Shown: positions 29,168 through 39,278 of the stretch, one piece after another
How positions within the stretch are numbered: position 1 is the first letter of the stretch
Layout: each line of letters starts with the position of its first letter
NCBI GenBank assembly: GCA_963702895.1
Contig: OY969767.1
Coordinates: 1,760,001 to 1,824,000 of the forward strand
Origin: an uncultured Elusimicrobia bacterium
GTDB lineage: Bacteria; Elusimicrobiota; Elusimicrobia; 2-01-FULL-59-12
Direction of reading: 5' to 3'
DNA: 64,000 nucleotides
Made by a program: the position numbers and the translations under genes
Notes under the pieces: model-generated
What the model saw: the letters and a program-made list of their open reading frames with translations, nothing else
Database searches by the model: none
Told to the model about the DNA's origin: nothing

Positions 29168-29811
29168 AATTCAATAAAAAAGCCGCCGCGATGGACCGTG
29201 ACATCCTTCTTGAGATCGGGAAACAGTTTTACGAACGCCAATGGATGTGGGGCACTTCCGGTAATTTGTCTTTACGGTTACAAAGCGATCCCTTGTCCAT
29301 CGCGTTGACCCCCTCAGGACTGAACAAGGGCCATATGGAGCCCACGGACCTCATCACCATCACCGAGGGCAAGCCCATCCCGCCCCATCCCAGAGGACTT
29401 GCGCCATCGTCGGAAACACTCATCCATCAAGCGGTTTATCACGCCGTCCCCGGCGCGAAAGCTGTCTTTCACGTCCACCCTTTATACGCCACGCTCATGT
29501 CGCGTTTCCATGGCCACCCCAAGGAAAAACGGATGCTGCAGGTGGAATGGTTTGAAATGATGAGAGGTGTCGGTGTGGGAGAAGAGGAAAGTTCGGAAGT
29601 CGCGATCCTCCCCAACTGGCAGGACGCGTCCCTGATCGCGCGAGACATCACGAACTACATCAAGTCCACTGCCAAAGCGCTGCCGGTCGTTCTGATTTAT
29701 AACCACGGTCTGACGGGATGGGGCACAACACCAGACCAGGCGAGAAACCACCTCGAAATTATCGAGTACGTCTGCCAGTACCTCTATCTGAAGAGTCTCA
29801 CTACACGTTAA
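29164..29811 (+). CDS. mtnB: Methylthioribulose-1-phosphate dehydratase
   Basis: GTSGNLS, TPSG..KG, PSSET.IH, HVH, NHG (class II aldolase fold). Confidence 0.88.
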   Translation: MKFNKKAAAMDRDILLEIGKQFYERQWMWGTSGNLSLRLQSDPLSIALTPSGLNKGHMEPTDLITITEGKPIPPHPRGLAPSSETLIHQAVYHAVPGAKAVFHVHPLYATLMSRFHGHPKEKRMLQVEWFEMMRGVGVGEEESSEVAILPNWQDASLIARDITNYIKSTAKALPVVLIYNHGLTGWGTTPDQARNHLEIIEYVCQYLYLKSLTTR

Positions 29812-30883
29812 AGCGGAAGTAGGCCACGTCGCTTTCCTGCATGAGGTACTCCTTGCCTTCCAGACGAATGAGTCCTTTTTCCTTGAGGGCCGCTTCGGTT
29901 TTGTGCGTGACAATATCCGGGAAGCTGTAGATTTCCGCGCGTATAAAGCCGCGCTCAATATCCGAATGGATTTTCCCGGCCGCCTTCACCGCGGGCGTCC
30001 CCTGGGCAATGTCCCAGGCGCGTGATTCTTCGGGGCCCGCTGTAAAGAACGTCATCCTCCTCAAGAGCTTCTGCCCCGCTCGCACGAGGCGATCGAGTCC
30101 CGCTTCCTGGAGTCCCAAAGAAGTGAGGAACTCTCCACGCTCCGCCTCCGGAAGCTGAGCAATCTCGGCTTCGATCTTGGCGCAAAGCACAACGGCTTCA
30201 GCCCCCTGCCGGGTGGCGTAGCCCAGAAGCGTCTGGGTCAGAGCGCTTCGGCCTTCGACATCTCGCTCATCGACATTGGCCACATAAAGCATGGGTTTGG
30301 CGGTTAGAAAATGGTAGGAGGCAAGGACAGGCTCCCTCACGACCGGGATGTTCCTTGCCGGGACGCCTTGGTTAAACCCTTCGATGACCTGATCCAACGC
30401 TTCGACTTTGTCTTTGGCATCTTTTTGACCGGACCGGGCTGCTCCCAGAAGGCGCTCGCGGGCTTTGACGGCCACATCCAAATCGGACAAGAGGAGTTCC
30501 GTCCCAATAATCTCGGCGGAGTCAACGGGATCGACTTTCGTGCCGTAATGAACAATGTTTTCATCCTCGAAGCACCGTACCACCTGCGCGATCGCATCAA
30601 CATCTCGAATGTACGACAAAAACTCGTTCCCCTTCCCTTCGCCTTTGCTTGCGCCCTTCACAAGACCCGCGATGTCCACAAAGCGAACGCCCGCGGGGGT
30701 GATTTTCTTGCTGTGAAAGATTTCCCCCAGCTTGTAGAGCCTGGGGTCACGCAGGGGCACGACCCCCACGTTGGGTTCGATGGTGGCAAATGGGAAATTA
30801 GCGGCCAGAACCGAAGCCCCGGTCAACGCATTAAAAAGCGTGGATTTTCCGACGTTAGGAAGACCGACGATTCCGATTTCCAT
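29801..30883 (-). CDS. ychF: Redox-regulated ATPase YchF
   Basis: [37 protein letters not shown]. Confidence 0.96.
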   Translation of the reverse strand: MEIGIVGLPNVGKSTLFNALTGASVLAANFPFATIEPNVGVVPLRDPRLYKLGEIFHSKKITPAGVRFVDIAGLVKGASKGEGKGNEFLSYIRDVDAIAQVVRCFEDENIVHYGTKVDPVDSAEIIGTELLLSDLDVAVKARERLLGAARSGQKDAKDKVEALDQVIEGFNQGVPARNIPVVREPVLASYHFLTAKPMLYVANVDERDVEGRSALTQTLLGYATRQGAEAVVLCAKIEAEIAQLPEAERGEFLTSLGLQEAGLDRLVRAGQKLLRRMTFFTAGPEESRAWDIAQGTPAVKAAGKIHSDIERGFIRAEIYSFPDIVTHKTEAALKEKGLIRLEGKEYLMQESDVAYFRFNV

Positions 30884-30884
30884 T

Positions 30885-31158
30885 TAGGAGTTTGAGCCGT
30901 GAGTAGCGTGATCCTGACCGGGGCACTTTTGCCCGAGTCCGAGGCGCGAGGAGTGATGCGTACCTGAAAGGTACGTGAACGACGAGTAACGATGGAATCG
31001 GGCTAAAGAGCCCCGGCCCGCAGGGAAAGCCCATCTTGGGCCGGATGCATCGTCGCTCCTTCTTGCCGTACCGTTCAGGTACGACGTCGTCGTCGCTCCT
31101 CGCATCCGGCTCCAATCTGGGCTTTTCAGGTTCACGCTACTCACGGCTCAGACTCCTA
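30885..31158. mobile_element. MITE-like non-coding element A
   Basis: 33-nt terminal inverted repeats with 2 mismatches (30885-30917 and 31126-31158), TA at both ends, self-complementary interior. Confidence 0.75.
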
Positions 31159-31954
31159 GACTCCTCATCCATCCCAAAAGTTTCTTCGTGAAGGGGTCGT
31201 CGAGCATCTGCACCCCATGTCCTGAATCCGCTTGTTCGACCCTTTGCTTCTCACTCGGCGCGAGCATCGACAATTGTCTGACGCTGGCGAACGAATAGGC
31301 ATCTCCCGGGGCGGCTGCGATAAAAACGGGGCGCCCCTTGAACTTCACGTACGGACCAGGGCTTTGGACCCCCACATACTCCAACCCTGGCGAGAGCAGC
31401 AGCAAGGCAGGCACCGCCGAGTGTTCGCTCGCATACACGAGAGCGACATTGGCACCTAAACTCGCGCCGCCCACGGCAATACGGCTTTCTTGAAGATGTC
31501 TTTGCGAAACAAGGATTTGAACGGCACCCGCTAAATCTCTCGACATGCTATCCCACGGTGTGCCAGGACCGGCATTCCTCCAATGTTGATAGTTTAGACG
31601 TTCGCCGGAGCGTGTTTGTGTGCTCTGCCCATGTCCACGGGCATCATAGACGAATACCCCAAGTCCCTGTTCTGCCATGCGATGGGCCAAAGCATCCCAT
31701 TCACCACCCGTACTTCCCAGGCCGTGCAAGAGCACCCAGGTCATTGCTTCTGAGTTCGGCGATGCGTGATACTGGCCAGCCAGGACCACGCCATCCGGCG
31801 TGGTCCATTTGAGTGGCTGCCAAAAAGAATCCGCGGAGGCAGGCGCGACCCACAGGGTGACGAGGAAAAGAAATCGGGCCAACACGAGCAGTATTCTACT
31901 CGGTTTCTGCATGGAAACACTATAGGACACAGCGGTCAAGAACATCGACGGCAA
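31148..31954 (-). CDS. Exported alpha/beta hydrolase (true start probably near 31912)
   Basis: LLHGLG, YDARGHG, GASLG nucleophile elbow, late HG. Confidence 0.85.
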   Translation of the reverse strand: MPSMFLTAVSYSVSMQKPSRILLVLARFLFLVTLWVAPASADSFWQPLKWTTPDGVVLAGQYHASPNSEAMTWVLLHGLGSTGGEWDALAHRMAEQGLGVFVYDARGHGQSTQTRSGERLNYQHWRNAGPGTPWDSMSRDLAGAVQILVSQRHLQESRIAVGGASLGANVALVYASEHSAVPALLLLSPGLEYVGVQSPGPYVKFKGRPVFIAAAPGDAYSFASVRQLSMLAPSEKQRVEQADSGHGVQMLDDPFTKKLLGWMRSLGV

Positions 31955-32022
31955 ACGACGCCCACCATCGAAGATGAGCGCGTGGATTGAAACGGTCTGA
32001 AAACCAGGGAGCGAAGCGTCGA

Positions 32023-34209
32023 CTATTGGGGTAAAGTAATTTTGTTGGTCGCGCTGGTGGCCGCACGAGCGACCAAGGGGTTGGAATCCTTCATGGCCGC
32101 CGCGATGGCCCGGGATGCCGCATCGTCCGGGAGGAGCTGGCTCAGGGCCCAGACCGCACGAATTCGAACCGCATCAGGAGCGCCTGTGGTACGCTTCCAG
32201 AAGGATTTCTTCGCTTGAAGGAGCTGCACAAGGTCGGGGACCGCGCGCTTTTCTCCGAGATTACCCAAAGCGATGCACATCTCCTCTTGGACCACGGAGA
32301 CCGCGCCGGAAAGCCGTCTGGCGATTTCAAGGGAGGCCAGCTTGAGTTTGAGCTCACCGATCAAGCGCACCGCCTCGGCCTGGACTTCCGGGTCCGCGTC
32401 ATCCAGAAGGCCCACGAGAAGGCTCTGAACTTTAGGCTCTTTCACTTTGGCCAAGAGTTGCGCGACCTGACGCCGGACACTGGCATCCGGATGCTGCAGG
32501 AGCTGCGTCAGGGTCGGAAGGAGGGTGGCGTCAGCAAATTCTTCAAGAAGCGGGATGAGCTTGACCAGGGCGTCGCCCGCCATACCCACTGTCATCTGCT
32601 TCAAAAGGGAATCTTTCACCACCGGTCCCATACGACGCAGCGCCTGGACTGCCGCTTGCTTCGCGCGAAGGTCCACAGAGCGCTTGACCGCTTCGACCAA
32701 AGGCTCCACGGCTTCCTCGCCAAGTTCCGCCAGGACGCGATGGGCGCCATTTTGGCGGTCTTTGAGCGGCGCATTTAAATCCGCGCAGATGACTTCGAGC
32801 CCACGCGCCGAAAACTCATGGAGAGCGTTCGCCGCATGCTGCTTTTTCTTTTGACCGATAGGGCTTTCCTCGCGGCTGTGGCGCCGGAGGGTACTGAGGA
32901 TCCCGGCCGACTCTTCAAAGCGCCAGTGCACGAGAAGTTCCATGGAAGCGGCTTGGAGGGCGCTCGCCACGTGCGCGTAGACTTCCGGTGCGCTCTCGGT
33001 TTCCGCCATCTTATGGAGCGTGCTCACAATCAATGAAAAGGGTTTCTCCTTTCGGTTGGCGGCCAGGATCTCCTGGAAGGAGCGAATGAGCTTCAGGGCG
33101 GTTTCTCGTGCCAAAGGCGCCTGGTTGTTGAGATTGGCCAGAAGCTTCTCCGTGAGTTTCCCCAAGGGTTCATCGAGCGCCATGCCGCAGAGGGCTTTGA
33201 GGAGCTCCGGGAGCCGCTTGCGCACCACCGGCTCAAGCAGAGCCTCATCAGGACCGTTTAAGAGGCTCTCGACTTCTGTGAGAAGCCCGGCGTTTTCACC
33301 TTTTTGAACACCTTGTGGGATCTGCTCAATGAGCCCGACATTGAGCAATTCTTCATAGAGAGCAAAAGGAACAGTTTTACTCGCTGGGGAGTGGAGGACT
33401 TTACCGAGGAAGCTCTTGAGACCACTCAGTTTTTCCACCACCTCAAATTCGGACTTGCTTTCCTGCTTGATCTGGTGGTACCACTTATTGACTTCCTCAA
33501 GAGTCTCCTCCAGCTTTTCCTTGGACATCTCTTTGACGACATTTTCCTTTAAAGCTGACTTTTCCACGCGCTCAGACAGCTTCGCCTCGAAAAGCTCTTT
33601 AAGCTGGTACGGAGGCAGGGTGGACAGATGATGGGCCACTTTCTTATGAGCCTCGTTCTTGGAAACATCGTCTGGCAGCTGGTCAATCAGGCGATAAGAC
33701 TCCTCTAAGGAGCTGACCAGGCTCGGCACATCCGTGGATTGTTCCAGCAGGGAGAGGACCTGCTGAATCACGACATCGCCTTTTTTAAGCTCGACGAACT
33801 CGACCTCTTCGGCTTCAATATGGGTGACTTGGTTGGCTTTTAGAAACTCCTCCAGGTTTTTGTGTTCTCCCAGCTGTCCTTTGCGCTTACCAAGCGCATC
33901 GGTCAAGGCCGCGACTTCGCTCGCCTCGAGCCCCTTGAAGAACTTGAGGCATTGCACTTCGTGCTGGATCAGGAAGGGGCGAAAATCTTTCGCTTCGGAG
34001 GCCTCTTTGCCATTGATGCAAAGTTTTCCCTGAAAATCGGCGACGGTCATGGGCGAGCTTTCCTGGAGGCACCCCTCGAGGGCAGCGAGGGCGCCTTTGA
34101 TAGCACCCTCCACCATCTGACTTCCTTTCGGATAAATACGACTGTTCACAATAGCCGAGCGCAGCATGGAGATGGCCTTGCCGGCGGTGATAGGAACTGG
34201 GGGTGACAT
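32023..34209 (-). CDS. HEAT-repeat domain protein
   Basis: Multiple HEAT/PBS-like units (VRRQVAQLLA, VQAEAVRLIG, VRIRAVWALS). Confidence 0.8.
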   Translation of the reverse strand: MSPPVPITAGKAISMLRSAIVNSRIYPKGSQMVEGAIKGALAALEGCLQESSPMTVADFQGKLCINGKEASEAKDFRPFLIQHEVQCLKFFKGLEASEVAALTDALGKRKGQLGEHKNLEEFLKANQVTHIEAEEVEFVELKKGDVVIQQVLSLLEQSTDVPSLVSSLEESYRLIDQLPDDVSKNEAHKKVAHHLSTLPPYQLKELFEAKLSERVEKSALKENVVKEMSKEKLEETLEEVNKWYHQIKQESKSEFEVVEKLSGLKSFLGKVLHSPASKTVPFALYEELLNVGLIEQIPQGVQKGENAGLLTEVESLLNGPDEALLEPVVRKRLPELLKALCGMALDEPLGKLTEKLLANLNNQAPLARETALKLIRSFQEILAANRKEKPFSLIVSTLHKMAETESAPEVYAHVASALQAASMELLVHWRFEESAGILSTLRRHSREESPIGQKKKQHAANALHEFSARGLEVICADLNAPLKDRQNGAHRVLAELGEEAVEPLVEAVKRSVDLRAKQAAVQALRRMGPVVKDSLLKQMTVGMAGDALVKLIPLLEEFADATLLPTLTQLLQHPDASVRRQVAQLLAKVKEPKVQSLLVGLLDDADPEVQAEAVRLIGELKLKLASLEIARRLSGAVSVVQEEMCIALGNLGEKRAVPDLVQLLQAKKSFWKRTTGAPDAVRIRAVWALSQLLPDDAASRAIAAAMKDSNPLVARAATSATNKITLPQ

Positions 34210-34267
34210 AATCGTTTCGAGTTTACAAGGAGTTTTTCACAACTGCAAGAGAATTTCTCGGGAGCTT

Positions 34268-34539
34268 AGTGCTGACTTTCATAGGATCGCCGCGGGTTTG
34301 CCGGAGCCATTTTCGAGCGAGCCAAGGAGCGAGGAGCGAGCATACTCGAGCAGAGTCTGTGAGTGACGAGCGACGCTGGCGCAGCCGAAAAGGACCCGGC
34401 CCTTCGGGGACGCCGATCTTGGGCAGACACTTCGTTACTCCTCACTCACAATGCACTCCGACATTGCTCGATCGTCGTGCCTCGTCTGTGCCTCAAGCTC
34501 GGCGTCCAAACCCGCTGCGCTCCTATGAAAGGCAGCACT
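34268..34539. mobile_element. MITE-like non-coding element B, related internally to element A
   Basis: 33-nt terminal inverted repeats with 3 mismatches (34268-34300 and 34507-34539); CTTAG at both junctions. Confidence 0.75.
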
Positions 34540-35480
34540 TAGACGGACGTTCTGGATGGGGTCAAGAGTTCTCGCGGCAAAGCAAAACTGACATCCTCTT
34601 TAATGACATCGAGCTCTTCCACCGTTGCTCCCAGCGATTGGAGATATTTCACAACATCTTCGACGAGGTATTCAGGGGCGGAGGCGCCGGCCGTGAGGCC
34701 AATGTTCGCCTTATGGAGAATCCAAGACGGCTGAATCTCAGAGGCACTATCAATCAGATGCGACTCGACGCCTTGCGCTCGGGCCACTTCGCAGAGCCGA
34801 ATCGAATTGGAACTGTTTCGCGAGCCTACGACGAGCAAGAAATCAATCCCCGCTTTAATCATCCCCTTGACCGCATCCTGCCTGTTTTGGGTGGCGTAAC
34901 AGATGTCGTCCTTCGCGGGGACGAGCATATTGGGAAAGCGATTTTTTATCGCCGCCGCGATACTGTGCGTTTCATCCAAACTGAGCGTCGTCTGCGTGAG
35001 ACACACCACTTTATTCGGATCAGGTACTTGAAGGGACGCGACGTCTCCAACCGTGCCGACCACCTGAATCTTGTCGGGGGCTTCGCCGGTTGTGCCGACC
35101 ACCTCGTCGTGCTCTTTGTGACCAATGAGAATAATGGTGTAGCCTTCGCGGACAAACTTATGGACTTCCAAATGCACCTTGGTGACGAGCGGACAGGTCG
35201 CGTCGATCACATGCACATCACGGTCCTTGGCCTCCTGCCGGACCGCTGGGGAAACACCATGGGCACTAAATATCACGAGGCTCCCACGCGGGGCCTCCTG
35301 GAGGCTGTCGATAAAGATGACGCCTCGTCGCTTAAAGTTATCGACGACGGCCCGGTTATGGACAATTTCCTTGCGCACATAGATCGGGGCAGGAAACTTC
35401 TCGAGCGCGATCTCGACAATATCGATCGCGCGCACAACCCCGGCGCAAAACCCACGCGGTCTGACCAAAATGACTTTCAC
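34539..35480 (-). CDS. ispH: 4-hydroxy-3-methylbut-2-enyl diphosphate reductase
   Basis: PRGFCAGV, IVHN, SAHG, DATCPLV, DICYATQNRQ, SSNS, TAGASAPE; GTG start at 35480. Confidence 0.96.
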   Translation of the reverse strand: MKVILVRPRGFCAGVVRAIDIVEIALEKFPAPIYVRKEIVHNRAVVDNFKRRGVIFIDSLQEAPRGSLVIFSAHGVSPAVRQEAKDRDVHVIDATCPLVTKVHLEVHKFVREGYTIILIGHKEHDEVVGTTGEAPDKIQVVGTVGDVASLQVPDPNKVVCLTQTTLSLDETHSIAAAIKNRFPNMLVPAKDDICYATQNRQDAVKGMIKAGIDFLLVVGSRNSSNSIRLCEVARAQGVESHLIDSASEIQPSWILHKANIGLTAGASAPEYLVEDVVKYLQSLGATVEELDVIKEDVSFALPRELLTPSRTSV

Positions 35481-35513
35481 AGACGGTATTATACAACAGA
35501 GGGAAGCCCCCCC

Positions 35514-36547
35514 GAAGTTCCATATGCTAGTGCAACACTCTGATGTCATGAAGGCCTGGCCTACAATAGGCAGGTATGACCTACACACAGATGACTGAAA
35601 AAGAACGAGACACGCTTGCTGTTTATCGAAGTCGCGGGCTCTCCTTGCGAGACATCGGCAATCGCCTAAACCGGTCTATCGGAACTCTCTCCCGAGAACT
35701 CCATCGAAACCGAGGAAAGGGCGGTTACTTCGCCCGGCATGCTCAAGAACAATCCCAGACTCGCTTGCGCACCGGGCACAAACGGATGCGCCTCAAAAGC
35801 CACGTCTTACGCCACGAGGTCGAACAGATGCTGGTCAAAGGCTGGTCCCCCGAACTCATTGCCGGGCGCATCAGCAAACACCGTAAGGATCTCGGTTCCA
35901 TCGGGTACGAAGCGATCTATCAATGGATCTACAGCGAACGCCCAGACTTGATCGGATGCTTGGTCCGTTCCCATCCCAAACGCTGGTCTCGACGGTATCG
36001 CCCTTATCGACGCCATGTGGGCATTCCTGGACGCGTGTCGATCTTGGAACGTCCGGAAGCGGCCAATACGCGCTCCGAAGCAGGCCATTGGGAAACCGAT
36101 CTGATCGTGGGCCCGGGCTTACCTGCCCTGCAAGTCCTGGTCGAACGACAAAGCCGCTACAGTAAGCTGCGCGGTATCCCGAATAAAACCGCCCCGGTCT
36201 CCCGCGCGGCCCTGACAGGCCTTTTGACGAATGTCCCCGATCATCTTCGGCGTAGCATCACCTATGACAATGGTTCAGAGAACTTTGAACACGCGGTGCT
36301 CAATGACGACTTCGCCATGACCTCATACTTTTGTCAGCCTTACCACAGCTGGGAAAAGGGAACCGTAGAGAACACCAATGGCTTAATTCGTCGTTTTGTT
36401 CCAAAGCGTACCAGACTCGATTCCATGGGACCGGAACGCTTTCAACAGATCGAAGATTGGCTCAACGATCGTCCTCGGAAATGCCTTAAATTCCAAACCT
36501 CACGGGAGGCCTTCAATGCCGCGTGTTGCACTTAATGGTGGAATTCA
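35514..36547 (+). mobile_element. IS30-family insertion sequence
   Basis: Imperfect ~25-nt terminal IRs with core AGTGCAACAC (35529-35538) and GTGTTGCACT (36523-36532) flanking the transposase. Confidence 0.8.
35576..36535 (+). CDS. IS30-family transposase
   Basis: N-terminal HTH, WSPE.I, GHWETD, ITYDNGSE, PYHSWEKGTVENTNGLIR, LNDRPRK. Confidence 0.95.
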   Translation: MTYTQMTEKERDTLAVYRSRGLSLRDIGNRLNRSIGTLSRELHRNRGKGGYFARHAQEQSQTRLRTGHKRMRLKSHVLRHEVEQMLVKGWSPELIAGRISKHRKDLGSIGYEAIYQWIYSERPDLIGCLVRSHPKRWSRRYRPYRRHVGIPGRVSILERPEAANTRSEAGHWETDLIVGPGLPALQVLVERQSRYSKLRGIPNKTAPVSRAALTGLLTNVPDHLRRSITYDNGSENFEHAVLNDDFAMTSYFCQPYHSWEKGTVENTNGLIRRFVPKRTRLDSMGPERFQQIEDWLNDRPRKCLKFQTSREAFNAACCT

Positions 36548-36560
36548 CCCCCCCCTTTTT

Positions 36561-37586
36561 TTAGAGGAAGGGCGTTAAGGCGTCGGCCAGAGCATTGAAC
36601 AGGACGTAGCCAATATAGCCGACGAGACAAGTGGCGAGCATCCCAAAGAGTCCCAGGAAGATGTTAATGGAACCGAGAAGCATACAGGCCAAGATCGCGA
36701 CGACCGTGCAGGTGGTCGCCACAAGCCGTCCGAGGTACTGACAGGCCGCGATAAAACGCGCCAGGGCCGGCCGGCGAGGTGGAGAGAGCTTCTCGGGGGG
36801 TGCGGCGACCTGCAAAACGTCCCCACAGGAAGCGCAATACCAGGCGCGCAGGACATTCGCATGATGGCACCGATCACATTCTTTATAACTGACGTTCTGG
36901 ATGATTTTTCTCTTGAAGACAAAAAGTTTTTCTCCCAAACCCAGCACCGCCCAGAAAACAGCTCCCAGAATGGCGCCGGTGAAGCCTTCGATCAGGCGGC
37001 GGGCTGCCCAAGTGGGTTTGGCCATATCCATGAGGCTCGCATACATCTGGTAGCCAAGCCATCCGCCCAAGGCGCCACCCAAAAAGCCGCACAAAAAGCC
37101 GGCCAGATACCGCTCACGCTTCCTTTCCATCCAGGAACTCACAAGGCCAATAGCGCCGCCCGCGCAGGCAAAGGTGGCCATCACGGCAGGGATGCCGACG
37201 TTCGGGTCATTGCTCCGAATGAGATAGGCAGCGATAAGGCTTCCGATGAGTCCTCCCAGAATACCAGCCAAGGCGCCGCGGAGGGTCTTGAGATTGGACT
37301 CTTCCATCATTCCTTCCGCAGCCCCCAGGAAGAGGCCTCCAAGGGCACCGGAGAGCATGAAGTGGCCATCCTGAGACAGGCTGTTGCCCGCCGCACGGCT
37401 TGCGGCTGCGGCCACCATCCAGCCGGCCATGCCGGAAGAAAATCCGGCAAGGCTCCGGCGTAAGACCCACGCCAGCGTATCGCGGAGTCGTGCCAGGCGA
37501 GGTCCGCTCTTGGACGCCGCAAAACCGCAGCGAATGCAGAAATCGGTGGTGGTGGGAGAGCTGTAATTACAACTGGGGCAGGTCAC
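36561..37586 (-). CDS. Gly-rich multi-TM membrane protein with double zinc ribbons (GTG start)
   Basis: CPSC..CIRC and CDRC..CASC motifs with repeated GxxGG helices. Confidence 0.7.
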   Translation of the reverse strand: MTCPSCNYSSPTTTDFCIRCGFAASKSGPRLARLRDTLAWVLRRSLAGFSSGMAGWMVAAAASRAAGNSLSQDGHFMLSGALGGLFLGAAEGMMEESNLKTLRGALAGILGGLIGSLIAAYLIRSNDPNVGIPAVMATFACAGGAIGLVSSWMERKRERYLAGFLCGFLGGALGGWLGYQMYASLMDMAKPTWAARRLIEGFTGAILGAVFWAVLGLGEKLFVFKRKIIQNVSYKECDRCHHANVLRAWYCASCGDVLQVAAPPEKLSPPRRPALARFIAACQYLGRLVATTCTVVAILACMLLGSINIFLGLFGMLATCLVGYIGYVLFNALADALTPFL

Positions 37587-37592
37587 AGAACC

Positions 37593-38261
37593 TTAGAAGC
37601 CACCACCGAAGGCTTTGAAGAAATCATCGCCTCCGCCGGAATCTTTCTTCTCAAGAGGCTTGGTTTTCTTCGCACCCGGCTGCTCTTTCTTGGTTCCAGA
37701 ATCCGCCAACTGCACAGGGCTTACAAAACATTTACGCAAACCTTCGGCGAAGGCGAGCACCTTGCTGCCCCGGTCGTAATAGAGACGAAAGGGCGTTTCT
37801 TTCTCCGCAGGTTCGTAGGAATTGCCGAGACTGTCCCGTTTCTGCTCCCAGTCGGGCGCGTAAACGAGCTTGTTGCGAATATCCACACGGTCCTTGGCAT
37901 CAAAAGGAACGGAAAAACGGATTCGGTAGATGCCGTTGTAATTGGTCACGGTCGGATCAAACATAGAGTTTTCTTCGCCAGGATCCCCGACACGGACCAG
38001 GACCCCCTCGACTGGGTTCTCGCTTCGGTCCACCACCATCCCCCGAATAAAGCCTTCCAGATACTCGGTATAGCGCGGGGTGTTGATAAACAGAAATTTT
38101 TTTCTGCCGGTGACTTTTTTTACGATCGTGACATCCACGATGCGCTCCTCAGCGAAATCGGAGCGGACCAAGTCCGCTTTCGATTCTGCCGTGTGCACGG
38201 CGCTCGGCACCCCTAAACTCACAGCCAGAAAGGAAAACGTCCAAAACCGGCTCCTGCGCAT
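37593..38261 (-). CDS. Exported hypothetical protein
   Basis: Signal peptide; IRGMVVD..NPVEGV.V resembles a carboxypeptidase-regulatory-like domain. Confidence 0.6.
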   Translation of the reverse strand: MRRSRFWTFSFLAVSLGVPSAVHTAESKADLVRSDFAEERIVDVTIVKKVTGRKKFLFINTPRYTEYLEGFIRGMVVDRSENPVEGVLVRVGDPGEENSMFDPTVTNYNGIYRIRFSVPFDAKDRVDIRNKLVYAPDWEQKRDSLGNSYEPAEKETPFRLYYDRGSKVLAFAEGLRKCFVSPVQLADSGTKKEQPGAKKTKPLEKKDSGGGDDFFKAFGGGF

Positions 38262-39235
38262 CAGGAAGCCCTCCCCGTCGGGGCTGCATCCATGCGACCA
38301 TAGAACCCGTACGTGATTTTGGCGATCGAGGCGATGAATCGCTTGGCGTTCTTGTAGGTCGCGTCGTGAGAAGTGAGGACACAGATCATGTAGTCACCAT
38401 GCGGAGAAAAAACAATCCCAACATCATGGCAAGCTTTGCGTAGAAGCCCCGTCTTGTGGGCAATCTCCCAACCTTTCGGCAAGTAGCGCGGGAGACGGTC
38501 CCGGAGTTTTTGGTGCTTTAAGATCTCCAACATCGCTTCACTCGCCTGAGCGCTCACCAGCTCTCGCTTATACATTTTCTCAAGGAGATAAGCCATATCG
38601 CGCGGGCTGGTCATATTGTCTTCTGGCACACGGCGAGAGGTGAGACGGAAACCTTGGGGTGTAATGACGGTGTCCTTCAACCCCAACCGATAAAAGGTGT
38701 CTTGGAGATAATCATAGCCGAGTTGACGAATCAGAAGCTCGGTGGCCGTGTTATCGCTGTGTACGATCATGGCCTCGAGGAGCTCGCGGTTCGTATACAC
38801 TCGGCCGGAGGGCGAGAATTTCAGAACGCCGGAACCGCCACGCTTATCGTGGCGAAGGAGGGTCACGGGTGCGCTCAAGGAGAACCGCCGGTCTTCGGCC
38901 GCCTGAAAAGCGGCGCACAGAATTGGGAATTTGATGAGGCTGGCGCTGGGGAAAGCCTCGGCGGAGTTGATCTCAGCCGCCCGCCCACTTGAAAAATCTT
39001 TCACGACATACCCGAGATCGCCGCGAAAGCCCTGGGCCCTCTGGCTTATGGCCTCGACCAGGGACTGCCAGTCGTCCGGGTTGATGGTCAGCACAGCCGC
39101 TTTTTGTGCCAACGGTGCCATGGATACAGAGGCGACGTGATCTCCCGCCAGAATCACGGCAATGGAAATCCCGAGCCCCAAGGCGTAGAAACGCGCTTTA
39201 TGGATTCTCAGTTTCTTTGTTCGCATTACACTCAT
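38261..39235 (-). CDS. Serine hydrolase, class A beta-lactamase-like
   Basis: SASLIK (SxxK), SDN, HKTG. Confidence 0.88.
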   Translation of the reverse strand: MSVMRTKKLRIHKARFYALGLGISIAVILAGDHVASVSMAPLAQKAAVLTINPDDWQSLVEAISQRAQGFRGDLGYVVKDFSSGRAAEINSAEAFPSASLIKFPILCAAFQAAEDRRFSLSAPVTLLRHDKRGGSGVLKFSPSGRVYTNRELLEAMIVHSDNTATELLIRQLGYDYLQDTFYRLGLKDTVITPQGFRLTSRRVPEDNMTSPRDMAYLLEKMYKRELVSAQASEAMLEILKHQKLRDRLPRYLPKGWEIAHKTGLLRKACHDVGIVFSPHGDYMICVLTSHDATYKNAKRFIASIAKITYGFYGRMDAAPTGRAS

Positions 39236-39278
39236 CCCTATCAGATTTCGTCAAAAAATCAAGGACTATTAGATCATT

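Noticed and set aside
30884..31144. 86-aa ORF, or a 6S RNA, upstream of ychF
   Set aside because: The ORF lies wholly within the TIR-bounded element and has no protein features. A related second element at 34268 favours a repeat family over a single-copy ncRNA.
31957..31993. 37-nt sequence ending GCGCGTGGATTGAAAC, resembling a type I-C CRISPR repeat
   Set aside because: Only one copy was seen, with no spacer-repeat periodicity and no cas genes. At most an orphan repeat.
34269..35543. 424-aa plus-strand ORF
   Set aside because: Antisense shadow of ispH plus element B; no motifs.
38261..39235. Bona fide class A beta-lactamase resistance gene
   Set aside because: SxxK, SDN and KTG are present, but no clear omega-loop ExxLN is visible. 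More likely a PBP-like serine hydrolase.
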